Source: the human T2T-CHM13v2.0 reference genome, Homo sapiens. From it: DNA of 64,000 nt. Under the pieces are notes generated by a model. The model saw only the letters and a list, made by a program, of their open reading frames with translations. It was not told where the DNA came from and made no database searches. Location of the stretch: positions 5,632,001-5,696,000 of the forward strand of contig CP086569.2 in the NCBI GenBank assembly GCA_009914755.4, read 5' to 3'. This document shows, piece after piece, positions 1 through 12,200 of the stretch (position 1 is its first letter; each line of letters begins with the position of its first letter). The translations under genes and the position numbers were made by a program.

Positions 1-1415
1 TTCTAATGTTTTTGGCTCTAGTCCCTGACTCCCCAGTGTCACCTGTGGACCCACACAGAGCCAGGGGAAACTCACTACACTGAAAGGAATGACACAGACC
101 TAGCTAGCTTTGCCATTGGCTGATTGTAGGGCCCCTGGGACTTGAGAGCATATAGACAGTAGCTAGGGAGTACTTACTGCAGGCCTTGGGAGAGACTCAC
201 TGCTGTACTGGCTTCAGGTTTAACTCAGAGTAGTCATAGTAGTTGTGGCCACAGGTGCACTTGTGTCACTCTTCCACCAGCTTTATGTGGATCAGAACAA
301 TGATAGAGACTGTTTGAGAGAAAGTAAGGGAAGGAAGCAAGAGTCTCTTTCTTGTAAACCAGAGAATTCTCCCAGATCTTCCCAAGACCATCAAGGCAGT
401 ACCTCTACAAATCTGCAAAAACCACAATGTTACTGGGCTTAGGGTGTCCTCTAAAGCTGATAAAGCTTGGATCATAGCACACAAGTCCTACCAAGTATCT
501 GGAAAGCCTTCCCCAGGAGGAGTACAAACAAGCCCAGAGAGTAAAGACTAAATAAATACCTAACTCTTCAAAAACCAGACACCAAAAAGCATCTACTAGC
601 ATCAACAGCATCCAGGAAAGTATGACCTCAACTAATTAACTAAATAAGGCACTAGGAACCAATCCTGTAGAAAAGGAGATGTGTGACTTTTCAGACAGAG
701 AATTCAAAATAGCTGTGTTGAGGAAACTGAAATAAATTCAAAATATCACAGAGAAGAAATTCAGAATTCTATAAGATACATTTAACAAAAAGAAGAATAA
801 TTAAAATGAAACACAAATTCTGAAACTGAAAAATGCAATTGGCATACTGAAGAATGCATCAGAACTTTTTAATAGCAGAATTGATCAAGAAGAAGAAAGA
901 ATTAGTGAGCTTGAAGACAAGCAATTTGAGAACACAAGACCTGAGGAGATAAAAGAGAAAATAATAAAAAACTATGAAGTATGCTATTCAGAATCTAGAA
1001 AATAGCCTCAAATGGGCAAATTTAAGAGTTATTGGGTTTAAAGAAGAGGTAGAGAAAGAGACGGGTAAAATGTTTATTCAAGAGAAAAATAACATAGAAC
1101 TTCCCACAGCAAGAAAAGATATCAAAATCTAAGTACAGGAAGCTTATAAAACACCAAGCAAATTTAACCAAAAGAAGACTACATAAAGGTTTTTAATAAT
1201 CTAACTTCCAAAGATTAAAGATAAAATAAAAGGATCCTAAAAACAGCAAGAGAAAAGAAGCAAATAACATACAATGAAACTTTAATAATTCTGGCATCAG
1301 ACTTTTCAATGAAAAACTTACAGACAAGGAGAGTGTGCCATGACAAATTTAAAGTGCTAAAAATCAAAAACCTCTTACCCTAGAATAATATACCCAGCAA
1401 AAATATCCTTCAAAC

Positions 1416-1835
1416 ATGGAGGAGAAATACTTTCCCAGACAAACAAAAGCTGAGAGATTTCACCAACACCAGACTTGTACTACAAGAAATGCTAAAGAGA
1501 GTACTTCAATCAGAAAGAAAAGTACATTAATGAGCAATAAATGTCTTGAAACCAATGACAATGGAGACACAACATACAAAGACCTATGGGATACAGTGAA
1601 AGTAGTAATAAGAGAAAACTTCTTACCCATAAGTGCCTACATCAAAAAAGAGGAAAGACTTCAAATACACAATCTAATGACACATCTTAAAGAACTAGGA
1701 AAGCAACAGCAAACCAAACCTAAAATTAGTAAAAGAAAAGAAAAAATAAAGATCGGAACAGAAATAAAGGAAATTGGAATGAAGAAAACAATACAAGAGA
1801 TAATGAAACAAAAAGGTGGTTTATTGAAAAGTTAA
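1416..1835 (+). pseudogene. L1 ORF2 remnant (linker region between the EN and RT domains), non-functional
   Basis: The translation matches the L1 ORF2 region [43 protein letters not shown]. There are stops on both sides. Confidence 0.7.
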
Positions 1836-2329
1836 ACAAAGAGACAAATCTCTAGCCATACTAACTAAGAAAAAAAAGGGAGAATCCAAATAAAATAAGA
1901 AATGAAAAAGGGGAAATTATAACTGATACTGCAGAAATTCAAAGGATTATGAGTGGGTACTATGAGCAACTATATGCCAATAAATTGGAAAATCTAAAAG
2001 AAATGAACAAATTCCTAGACACATACAACCTACCAAGATTGAAACAGGAAAAGTCCAAAACCAGAACAGACTAATAACAAGTAATGAGATCAAAGCCATA
2101 ATAAAAACACTTTCAGTAAAGAAAAGCCTGGGACCTTATGGTGTCACTGCAGTATTCTACCAAACATATAAATAAGTACTTACAGCAATCCTACTCAAAC
2201 TATTTTGGAAAATATGGAAGGAAGGAATACTTCTAAACTCATTATAAGGGGTCAGTATTACCCTGATACCAAAACCAGACAAAGACACTTTCAAAAAAGA
2301 AAACTACAGGCCAATATCTCTGACAAATA

Positions 2330-2662
2330 TTGATGCAAAAAATCTTCAAAAAAATACTGACAAACAAAATTTATGAAGAATTCAGAAAGATCATTCATCA
2401 TGACCAAGTGAGATTTATTCCTGGGATACAATGGTGGTTCAACATAGGCAAATCAATCAATGTGATACATTATATCAACAGAATGAAGGACAAAAGCCAT
2501 ATGATTCTTTCAATTGATGCTGAAAGAGCATTTAATAAAATTCAACATCTTTTCATCATAAAAATTCTAAGAAAACTGGTTACAGATGGAACATACCTCA
2601 ACATATTAAAAGCCATTTATGTGGGATCCATAGGTAGTATTATACAAAATGGGGAAAAATGA
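2330..2662 (+). pseudogene. L1 ORF2 reverse-transcriptase N-terminal fragment
   Basis: [51 protein letters not shown] corresponds to L1 [53 protein letters not shown]. Confidence 0.75.
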
Positions 2663-3837
2663 AAGCCTTTCCTCTAAGTTATGGACCACAACAAGGATGA
2701 ACAGTTTCACAATTGTTACTCAGTACAGTGATGGAAGTCCTAGCTAGAACCATCAAAAAAAGAAAGATATAAAAGTCTTCCAAATTAGAAAGGAAGAAGT
2801 CAAATTATTCTTGTTTGCAGATGATGATTGTATGTTTGGAAAAATCTAAAGACTACAGAAGAAAACTATTAGAACTGATACATTCAGTAAATTTGTAAGA
2901 TATAAAATGAAGGTACAAAAATCAGTAGCTTTTCTATATGCCAACAGTGAAAAGTGAAAAAGAAATAAAAAGTACTCCCATTTACAATAGCCACACATAA
3001 AATTAAATACATAGGAATTAACTTAATCAAGGAAGTGAAAGTTCTCTGTAATAAAAACTATAAAACACAGATGAAAAAAGTTGAAAAAGACATCAGAAAT
3101 TGGAAAAATATTCCATGTTCATGGATTGATAGAATCAATATTGTTAAAATGTCTATACTAACAAAAGCAATATACAGACTCAGTGCAATCTCTATCAAAA
3201 TACCAATGACATTCGTCACAGAAATAGAAAAAAAATCTTAAAATTCATGTGAGACCACCAAAGACCCAGAATAGCCAAAACAGTTCTATGTAAACAAAGC
3301 AAAACAAAACAAAAACTGGAGGAATCACATTATTTGACTTCAAATTATACTATAGAGCTACCAAATATCATGATAATGGTGTAAAAAAAGACTCACAGAC
3401 CCACGAAATGGAGTGGGGAGCCCAGGAACAAATATGCACATCTTCACTGAACTCATTTTAAACAAAGGTGCCAAGCACATACACTGGTGAAAAGACAGTC
3501 TCTTCAACAAATGGTGCCAGGAAAACTGCATATCCATATGAAGAAGAATAAAACTAGAACCCTATCTCTTGCCATAAACAAAAATCAAATCTAAATGGAT
3601 TAATTACTTAAATCTATGACCTTGAGCTATGTAACTGCTAAAAGAAAACATTGGAGAAACTTTCTATGACATTGGTGTGAGCAAAGAATTTATTGAGCAA
3701 TACCCCACAAGCACAAGCAACCAAAGCAAAAATAGACAACTGGCGTCACATCAAGCTAAGAAACTTCTGCAAGCAAAAGAAACAATAACAAAGTGAAGAG
3801 ACAACCCAGATAATGGGAGAAAACATTTGAAAACTAC

Positions 3838-3842
3838 CCATC
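3838..3842. repeat. 5-bp target-site duplication CCATC (left copy) of the MaLR insertion
   Basis: CCATC lies immediately 5' of the LTR TG start. The same pentamer is at 6194-6198 immediately after the other LTR end. A 5-bp TSD is typical of ERVL/MaLR. Confidence 0.6.
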
Positions 3843-4214
3843 TGTATTAATCCATTTTCACACTGCTATAAAGAACTATCTGAGACTGGGTAATTTATGA
3901 AGAAAAGAGGTTTAATTTACTCACAAAACTGCAGGCTTAACAGGAAGCATGACTGGGAGGCCTCAGGAAATTGACAATTATGGCAGAAGGTGAAGGGGAA
4001 GCAAGCAGCTTCTTCACATGGCAGCAGGAGAGAGAGAGAGAGAGAGAAGCAGGAAGTGCCACACAGTTATGAACAATCAGGTGTCATAAGAATTCACTCA
4101 CTATCATGAGAACAGCAAAGGGAAAATCCATCTCCATGATCCAATTTACTCCCATCAGACCCCTTCTCCAATTGAACATGAGATTTAGGTGGGGACACAA
4201 ATTCAAACCACGTC
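3843..4214 (-). repeat. MaLR 3' LTR (in element orientation)
   Basis: rc-THE1/MST LTR consensus-like; contains a (GA)n run. Confidence 0.8.
4027..4047. repeat. (GA)n microsatellite inside the LTR
   Basis: agagagagagagagagagaag. Confidence 0.85.
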
Positions 4215-5839
4215 ATTCTGCCCAAGCCCCTCCCAAATTTCATATCCTTCTCCAATTGCAAAATACAATTATTCCTTCTTAACAGTACCCCAGTTTTAAC
4301 TCATTTAAGCGTTAAATTAAAAGTCCACAGTCCAAAGTCTTATCTGAGACAAGGTGATTTCCCTCTGCCTATGAGCCTGTAAAATCAAAAACAAGTTACT
4401 TACTTCCAAGATACAACAGGGGTTGAGGCATTGGGCAAATGCTTTTATTCCAAAAAAGAAATTGGCCAAAACAAAGGAGATACAGGCCCCATTCAAGTCT
4501 GAAACCCAGCAGGGCAGTCATTAAATCTTAAAGCTCCAAAATGATCTCCTTTGATTCCATGTCTCACATTCAGGCCACACTGATGTAAGGGGTGGGCTCC
4601 CAAGACCTTGGGCAGCTCTGGCGCTGTAGCTTTTCAGGGTACAGCCCCTGTGGCTGCTTTCACAGCCTGGTGTTGAGTTCCTGTGACTTTTTGAGGCACA
4701 CGGTACTAGCTGTTGGTGTGTCTACCATTCGGGAACCTGGAGGATGGTGTCCCTCTTCTCACAGCTCCACTAGATAGTGTCTCAATTGGGACTCTGTGTG
4801 TGGATTCCAATCCCACATTTCTCCTCCACACTGCCCTAGTAGAGGTTCTCCATGAGGAATCTGCCCCTGCAGCAGACTTCTGCCTGGACATTCAGGTGTC
4901 TCCATATATCCTCTGAAATCTAGGTGGAGGTTCCCAAACCCCAACTCTTGCCTTCTGCACACCTGCAGGGCCAATACCACATGGAAGCCTCCAAGACTTG
5001 GAGCTTGAACCCTCTGAAGCCATGGCCCGAGATGTACCTTGGCCTCTTTTAGCTGCCACTGGAGCTGGAGTAGCTTGGACACAGGATGCCATGTCTCAAG
5101 GCTGCACAGAGAGGCTGGGCCCTGTACCAGGCCCATTAATCCCTTTTTTCCTTCTAGGTCTCCAGGCCTATGATGAGAGGGGATGCTGTGAAGGTCTCTG
5201 AAATGCCCTGGAGACATTTTCCCCATTGTCTTGGCTATTAACATTCAGCTCCTACTTGCTTTTGCAAATTTCTGCAGCAGGCTTGAATTTCTCCCCAGAA
5301 AATGGGTTTTCTTTTCTACCACATGGCTGAGCTGCAAATTTTCCAAGCTTTAATGTTCTGCTTCCCTTTTAAACATAAATTCCAGTTTCAGATAATCTCT
5401 GTTCATGCATATGAGTGTACACTTTTAGAAACAGCCAGGTCATGTCTTGAATGCTTTGCTGCTTAGAAATTTCTTCCACCAGATACCCAAAATCATCTCT
5501 ATAAAGTTCAAAGTTCCACAGATCTCTAGGGCAGGGACAAAATTCTACCAGTCTCTTTTCTAAAGTATAGCAAGAGTCACTTTTACTCCAGTTCCCAATA
5601 AGTTTCTCATCTCCATCTGATACCAATTCAGCCTGTACTTCATTGTCCATATCACTATCCGCATTTTGGTAAAAACCATTTAGCAAATCTCTAAAAAGTT
5701 CCAAACTTTCCCACATCTTTCTGTCTTCTTCTGAACACTCCAAACTGTTCCAACCTCTGCCTGTTACCCAGTTCCAAAGTTACTTCCACATTTTCAGGCA
5801 TGTATATAGCAGTGCCCTACTCTTCTGGTACCAATTTTC

Positions 5840-6193
5840 TGTAATAGTCCATTTTCACAGTGCTATAAAGAACTAACTTGGACTAGGTAATATATGAAAA
5901 AAAGAGGTTTAGTTGACTCACGGTTCTGCAGGCTTAACAGGATGCATGAGTGGGAAGCCTCCAGAAACCTACAATCACAAAGGAAGGCGAAGAAGAAGCA
6001 AGCAGCTTCTTCACATGGAGGCAGGAGAGAAAGAGACAATGAAAGTGGAAGTGCCATACACTTTTAAACCATCAGATCTTGTGGGAACTCACTCATTATC
6101 ACAATTTGCCACCATGAACCAATTACCTGCCACCAGGTTCTTCCTCCAATTTGACATGAGATTTTGGTGGGGACACAAATCCAAACCATATCA
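5840..6193 (-). repeat. MaLR 5' LTR (in element orientation)
   Basis: rc-THE1/MST LTR. The spurious 64-aa ORF 5863-6057 (...CEEAACFFFAFLCDCRFLEASHSCILLSLQNRESTKPLFFIYYLVQVSSL) is the same LTR-encoded frame as ORF 31823-32017 on the opposite strand, which confirms the LTR homology. Confidence 0.8.
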
Positions 6194-7290
6194 CCATCCA
6201 ACAGGGGATTAATAACCAGAATACATAATGAGCTTATACAACTTTATGGGAAAAAAATCTAATAATCTCATCAAAAACGGGCAAAAGATTTAAATAGACA
6301 TTTCTCAAAAGGAGACATACGAATGGTAAACAGGTATATAAAAAGGTGTTCAATATCATGGATCATCAGTGAGATGCAAATCAAAATTACAATGAGATAT
6401 CATCTCACCTTTTATCCAAAAGTCAGTCAATAACAAATGGTGGCAAAGATATGGAGAAAAGGGACCCTCATACACTGTTGGTAGAAACGTAAATTAGTAC
6501 AACCACTATAGAAAATATTTTGGAAGTTTCTCAAAAACCTAAAAATACAGCTACCATATGATCCAGTAATCCCATGGCTGAGTATATACCCCCAAAAAAG
6601 GAAATCAGTATATCAAAGGGATATCTGTACTTTTATATTTGTTGCAGAACTGTTTACAATAGCTAAGATTTGGAAGCAACCTAAGTAAGTGTCCATCAAC
6701 AGATGAATAAAGAAAATGTTGTACATATACACAATGGTGTACTATTAATTCATTGAAGAGATCTAGTCATTTGCAACAACATGGATGAAACTGGAGATCA
6801 TTATGTTAATGAAATAAGCCAGACACACACAGAAAGGCAAACATCACATGTTCTCACTTATTTGTGATATATGAAAATCTAAACAATTGAACTCATAAAC
6901 ATTGAGAGTAGAAAGATGGTTACTCGAGGCTGGGAGGAGTAGTGGGGCACTGGCAGAAAGGTGGGGATGGTTAAGGGTACAAAATAAAATAGAAGAAATA
7001 AGACTTACTACTTGATAACACAACAGGGTGACTATAGTCAATAATAACTTAATTTTACATTTTGAAACAAAGAGTGTAATTGGATTGTTTATAACTCAAA
7101 AGATAAATTCTTGAGGGGACGAATATCCCATTTTTCATGACATGCTTATCTCAAATTTTATGCCTGTAACAGAACATCTCATGTTTCCCATAAGTATATA
7201 CATCTACTCTGTATACACAAAAATTTAAAAAGAATATGTACATATACTCTCTGAATCCAAAATAAAAGTTGAAAAAGAAAAGAAATAAAG
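6194..7290 (+). mobile_element. Continuation of the L1 interrupted at 3842: ORF2 C-terminus plus 3'UTR
   Basis: The sequence resumes ...ccagaatacataatgagcttatacaac (L1 ccagaatctacaaggaacttaaacaa). It is followed by ORF2 C-terminal motifs ([20 protein letters not shown]-terminal ORF2 text) and an L1 3'UTR-like end near 7290. Confidence 0.8.
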
Positions 7291-8396
7291 ATTGTATTCT
7301 AATTTTGTTCCTCATTTTCTTATGTGGCATTGAAGAACTCTTAATTGCTGAATCTGTTGTTGACAGTGTAGTATTACCCTTACTGCCACGTGAGAAATGC
7401 TATACTCAGTACCTCTTTCTAACAAATAGCTTTGCCCAGTATTAAAGCATCACACTATTAATTAGTTCTCTGCTAGGTGTGGTGTTTCTTGATAGTTATT
7501 TGTTGCCTAACCTGTCCTATATCAACAACACTAATAGCAAATGATATTCCCAAAAACGTGTAGTTTCTTATCCTGTGTGCAAAGCAGGAGACATTTTAGT
7601 AACTGGATAAAACTGTGCCTTCACTACCAAATATATATTATTTCTGTTAAATAAAACAATCAGTATTTGATCTTTGGAATTATCATTATGTTTTTTGTGT
7701 AAATGGGAGTTTCATAGCTTTTATAAATGCAACATCTGCCTCAGTCTTGCTTAAGATTCTTCTAGGTTTCTTCCATAGCTACAGGCCTTTAAAAAATGAT
7801 CCAAGTTTTTTATACTTCCTATGTAATAAAATTCTTTCGGATTAGTTGCTGAAGTAAACCAAATACAACATTACAAAAGCAGTAAGCAAGAAATTTTCCA
7901 ATTGGCACCTTTAGTCTTTTTTCCTCTTATAGACTAGAATTCAGTGCTAACCAAGAAAAGCTATTTTTTTTGAGATAGCATCTAGTCACTCTATGCTCAC
8001 AAAACAAATAGTCAACCAGGAAAAGATACTGCTAGGTCCACTGTGGAGGGGAAGGGGTGATAATTAAATGTCGTTTTGAGTTGCAATCAGCCATGTCTTT
8101 TCTCTGTTGTCCTAAGGAAATTGTCTGGTCAAGTGATTCTTAAGCACACATAAAACACACTGCATAAAGCTTGGACTTAAAGTCATTAGTAGAATTACCT
8201 CCCAAGACAAATGAGATTTCAAAATGCCTCCAGGTCGTTCTTTGTCTTCAGACATTATAAAAACATACTTAAAATTTTAAGTAGCTCATTATTTTAAATG
8301 GATCTTCCATCCTTTCCAGTCAAAATAAACTTTACCCTTCTAATTTTGGAGAAGTCTGTGTGTATCTCTGGGATAAAACAAGAGATAACAGGCGAT

Positions 8397-8412
8397 AAAG
8401 AATGTATGTATT
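8397..8412. repeat. Left TSD of the AluYb8 (aaagaatgtatgtatt)
   Basis: An identical 13-16-mer recurs at 8740-8752 directly after the A tail. Confidence 0.85.
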
Positions 8413-8739
<327 letters not shown>

Positions 8740-8741
<2 letters not shown>

Positions 8742-8752
8742 ATGTATGTATT
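8740..8752. repeat. Right TSD of the AluYb8 (gaatgtatgtatt)
   Basis: Matches 8397-8412. Confidence 0.85.
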
Positions 8753-8932
8753 GATGACTCAAAAATCTGCACACCTTATTTTGTAATTGAAATGTTTAAA
8801 AAATGTTTTAGATATGTTTAGTTTCAAAATGATAGGTTTTCTCATTATAGCTTCAGGGGTCCTGTTTAATTGGCAAAGTCCAGCCTCATGTTCTGAGGAT
8901 CATGATGCTTTCATGTCCTTCATGTCTTTCAT

Positions 8933-8941
8933 ACACACACA

Positions 8942-8981
<40 letters not shown>
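8933..8981. repeat. (AC)n microsatellite, about 24 units with one interruption, followed by a short (TA)n
   Basis: acacacacaaacacacacacacac... is directly visible. Confidence 0.9.
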
Positions 8982-8985
<4 letters not shown>

Positions 8986-10904
8986 ATATATGTATAATAA
9001 ATAAATATATATATTTCAATTTGTTTTTCAGAGCTTTTATGTGGTTTCTATTGAGTTATTGTATTTACAGTATCATAAAACATTTGGTGAAGTTTGATCT
9101 CAATCATAAACAAAAAATCTTATTTTTATTTTCAATGAGTGGTTATTGAATACCCACTGAGCAAGATTATGTGCTCAGTTCTGTTGGTACAAAATTGAAT
9201 TGAACGATGATTCATACTCTGCCATAGCTTTGTAGTTAGTCGTTATCCTGGCTCAATGGTTTTCCTCACACTATTTGTATGCTGCCACTACAAATTATAT
9301 TCTGAGGCTCCTTTTCTATCTCGTCTACATGATGGAGATATCAAACTTTCTCCTTGTGTTTTTTGTTTGTTTGACACTGTTTTGAATTTTACCTCCATAA
9401 ATCACTGAAATACCAAGGTCTAAGTTAAAAAAAAAAAAATGAAAGTAGCAATCAGGAACCTAGGCTGTATTTGTAGTTCATTTTCTAATACACTGTACGA
9501 GTTTAGGTACATCTTAGCTGCTCATTTTCTTCATCTTCCTCATTGACCTCTCAAAACATTTACTGCATGGGTAAACAGAGACAATTACAGTATATATTTA
9601 TTTATTTAGTTTGTTATATGAATTCTCTGAATCATAAGCAATTCTCTACAAGGACCTCAGCTCTGTGAAGTCTAGCTGAGAATTAGCCAAATACTAGCCA
9701 TCTTATGGCTACTTAACATTCGTTGAATGGAACCCATACAGGCCTTTCCCAGGTTAATGATATTCTAGCATCTTTACAATGAATATATCACTTTATTTAT
9801 CTCAGTCTTTTTTCCTTTTCTATTTTCACAAATTTATTGCCTTTTCTTTACCCTTCTGCTCTCTTTATTTTCTGATTCTTACTTTATCTTAGACTTGTTA
9901 GCGATATTGCTTAAATTCTTGCAGACACTCAGAGTTCAACAAATTTTTTAACCATCAGAGGTTTCTAGATTAAATACAAGATTTTGTTAAATTTGATTTT
10001 AAGAAACAATAAATAATTTGTAGTATAAGTTTGTCCCATATAATATCAGTAAAAGTATTTTATATAGTAAAATATTATTTATATGAATCTGTAATTTTAT
10101 TGGGTATCATATATTTTTATTTGCTAAATCTAGAGTCCCTCGACCCCTCATTAGAACATTTTTTCTTATGTGGTTAAATACTATTATATACATTTATTAT
10201 TTACTTTTCCCCAAAGTATTTTAATATTATTTCATAGTTGATAATATATGTTTTAAAAATATTACTTTATACTTATTTTACCATGATAATTTCATGTCTA
10301 AAACTGAATATGCTTCCTCCTTCATTTCTGACTTCAGGACTCAAACCCAAAGCTTCATCTTATTCCTTCTTTACTGTCATCTCTTACATGCAAAAAGTTG
10401 CAAAGTCATTTTAATTCTTCGTAATTTATCTTGAATTCATCCATCCAATCCCACATTTCTCACTACTGTTGTGCCTTGTGTAGCATATTATCAAAAGTGT
10501 GAAAAACATACTTTTCAAATTTTTACACGATTCATCTTAATTCATCTTATGAAAGGGCAATTAATGCTGCAGCATAAGGAAACTGATATTCTTTGACTGA
10601 TAGAAACATTAATAAAATGATATAAAGTAGAAGTAAATGGAATGTTCTACAGCTGTCATTTTTTTAATCAGCTGCAAAAGTAGAATATGAGGAAAACCTT
10701 ATTTGCCGTGGAATTTTGCATTGTCATTTTATTTTTCTTACATTAGTAATTATTAAAATTTTTTGAATACATACTATGTTTTACATACATTCTAATAATT
10801 GTCTCAGTCTTATGAGGTGATTACTAGCATTTTTTCTGTTTTATAGAAGAACCTGAAAATCAGAAAATTTAAAAAGCCATTCCAATTTCCTAGCACATTT
10901 TATA

Positions 10905-11385
10905 GAAACATTATTCATAGTAGCCAAAATCTGAAACAACTGAAATGTCCTATAACCACTTAATGGATAAGCTGGATTATATTCACACAATGGAATACTA
11001 TACAGCAATAAAAAGTAGTTAACCACTGATACACAGAACAATTTGGATGAATATCAAAGGGGCTGAGTAAAAGAAACCAGTCTTCAAAGGTTACATATTG
11101 CATGACTCCATTTATATGACAGATTTGAAATGACAAAATTAGAGTGCTGAAGAACAGATCAGTGGTGTCCATTGGTTAGAGTTGGGGATAGAGTTTGATC
11201 ATGAAGTAAGAGCATAAGGTAGTTTTGTTTTTTGAAGGATGGAAGTGTCCATATTCTGATGGTGGTGGCAGTTCCATAGATCTATATATGTCTTAAAATT
11301 TATAGAAATGTGCACTAAAAGAAAAATAAAATAAATTTTATTGGATAATAATTTTAATTTTTTTAAGTAAAAAAAATACACTGGT
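10905..11385 (+). mobile_element. Ancient L1M 3'-end fragment
   Basis: Matches the L1M 3' terminus pattern ...aatggaatactatacagcaataaaaag...gatgaatatcaaagg...agtaaaagaaaccagtcttcaaaggttacatattgcatgactccatttatatgaca...gaacagatcagtggtgtccattggttagagttgggg...ctgatggtggtggcagttccatagatctatatatgtcttaaaatttatagaaatgtgcactaaaag. Confidence 0.6.
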
Positions 11386-11719
11386 TTATTTTGGTATATA
11401 TTTTAAAGTCAAGTTTCCAAACAAAACAAAATGCATTTTAATACAGGAGATTATAATGTAATGTTTGGTTTATAGGTATTTCTAGCAGAGATTGGATTTT
11501 ATTTGTTGATTTAACTAAATGTATAGCACAGAGTTTATTTTGATATTTTTAACAACAAATTCAGAAACTTCCTAATTAGTCATATTTTTATACTCTAGAA
11601 AAAGAAAATACAGTAGCCATTAATATGGAAGTAAACGTGAAGGGTTAGGTGCTGGGATACACAATAATGCTAATGCTCTTTGCTCTTAAAGGGAAATAAA
11701 ATAATATATAAAAATGAAT

Positions 11720-12200
11720 TATGTGCATAAGTCCAAAAAAGATGTGGATAAACAGACTGGGGCATAGTCATATAAAAGTATACCACTCATCAACTGAAAG
11801 GAACAACCTACAGAAACACACTATATATTGACAGTTAGAAACCTGATGCTGAGTAAAAGATGCCAGCCTCAAGAGTTTGCACTGTCTGATTCCATTAATG
11901 TGAAATACAAGAACAAGCATAGCTGACCTATGGTCATAAAGATAAAAAAATAGTGACCCAGTTGGAGATGAGGTGGTAGATGTGAAAAGGGACAAGAGTT
12001 AACTTTCTGGGGCAATACAACTATTCTGTAACTTCTTGTGGAAGATGGTTACATGGTGTATACAATTGTCAGTATTCAAAACATGTAAGATCTGTGTATC
12101 TTTGTATGTAAATTATACTTTAATATATCACAATAGCATTTAATCATATAAGAAAATATTCAAAATACATTAAAGAATATAACAAGAGAATGTTAATAAA
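11720..12200 (+). mobile_element. Second ancient L1M 3'-end fragment, same orientation
   Basis: The same L1M 3' motif series (tataccactcatcaactgaaaggaacaa...ctgagtaaaagatgccagcctcaagagtttgcactgtctgattccatt...ggtggtagatgtgaaaagggacaag...tggttacatggtgtatacaattgtcag...taaattatactttaat). Confidence 0.5.

Larger units (their letters stand above)
1..3842 (+). mobile_element. LINE-1, older primate subfamily (L1PB/L1MA-like), 5' portion: 5'UTR tail, ORF1 remnant, ORF2 EN and RT up to the FADDM region. The element starts upstream of the window and is interrupted at 3843 by a MaLR insertion.
   Basis: ORF-track peptides 1416-1835 (...WDTVKVVIRENFLPISAYIKKEERLQIHNLMTHLKELGKQQQ...) and 2330-2662 (...[51 protein letters not shown]...) are L1 ORF2. 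The LFADDcm motif is at about 2815. ORF1-like coiled-coil text (SELEDKQFENTRPEE) is at about 900. Frames are broken by many stops. Confidence 0.85.
3843..6193 (-). mobile_element. Complete MaLR (ERVL-MaLR, THE1/MST-type) LTR retroelement, about 2.35 kb, LTR-internal-LTR, nested in the L1
   Basis: Both ends read as the reverse complement of a THE1/MST LTR (tgtattaatccattttcacactgctataaagaactatctgagactgggtaatttatgaag ... gggacacaaattcaaaccacgtca and ...tgtaatagtccattttcacagtgctataaag ... ggggacacaaatccaaaccatatca). The 1.6-kb internal region has no intact ORF. The flanking L1 sequence resumes in frame with the L1 consensus after the element. Confidence 0.8.

Noticed and set aside
4759-5244. 161-aa minus-strand ORF, 124-aa ORF 5369-5743, and other 60-105-aa ORFs at 4590-5250
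   Set aside because: All lie in the internal region of the MaLR element. The sequence is a non-coding LTR-retroelement interior with no protein similarity I can recognise, and overlapping ORFs on both strands are typical of GC-rich repeat sequence.
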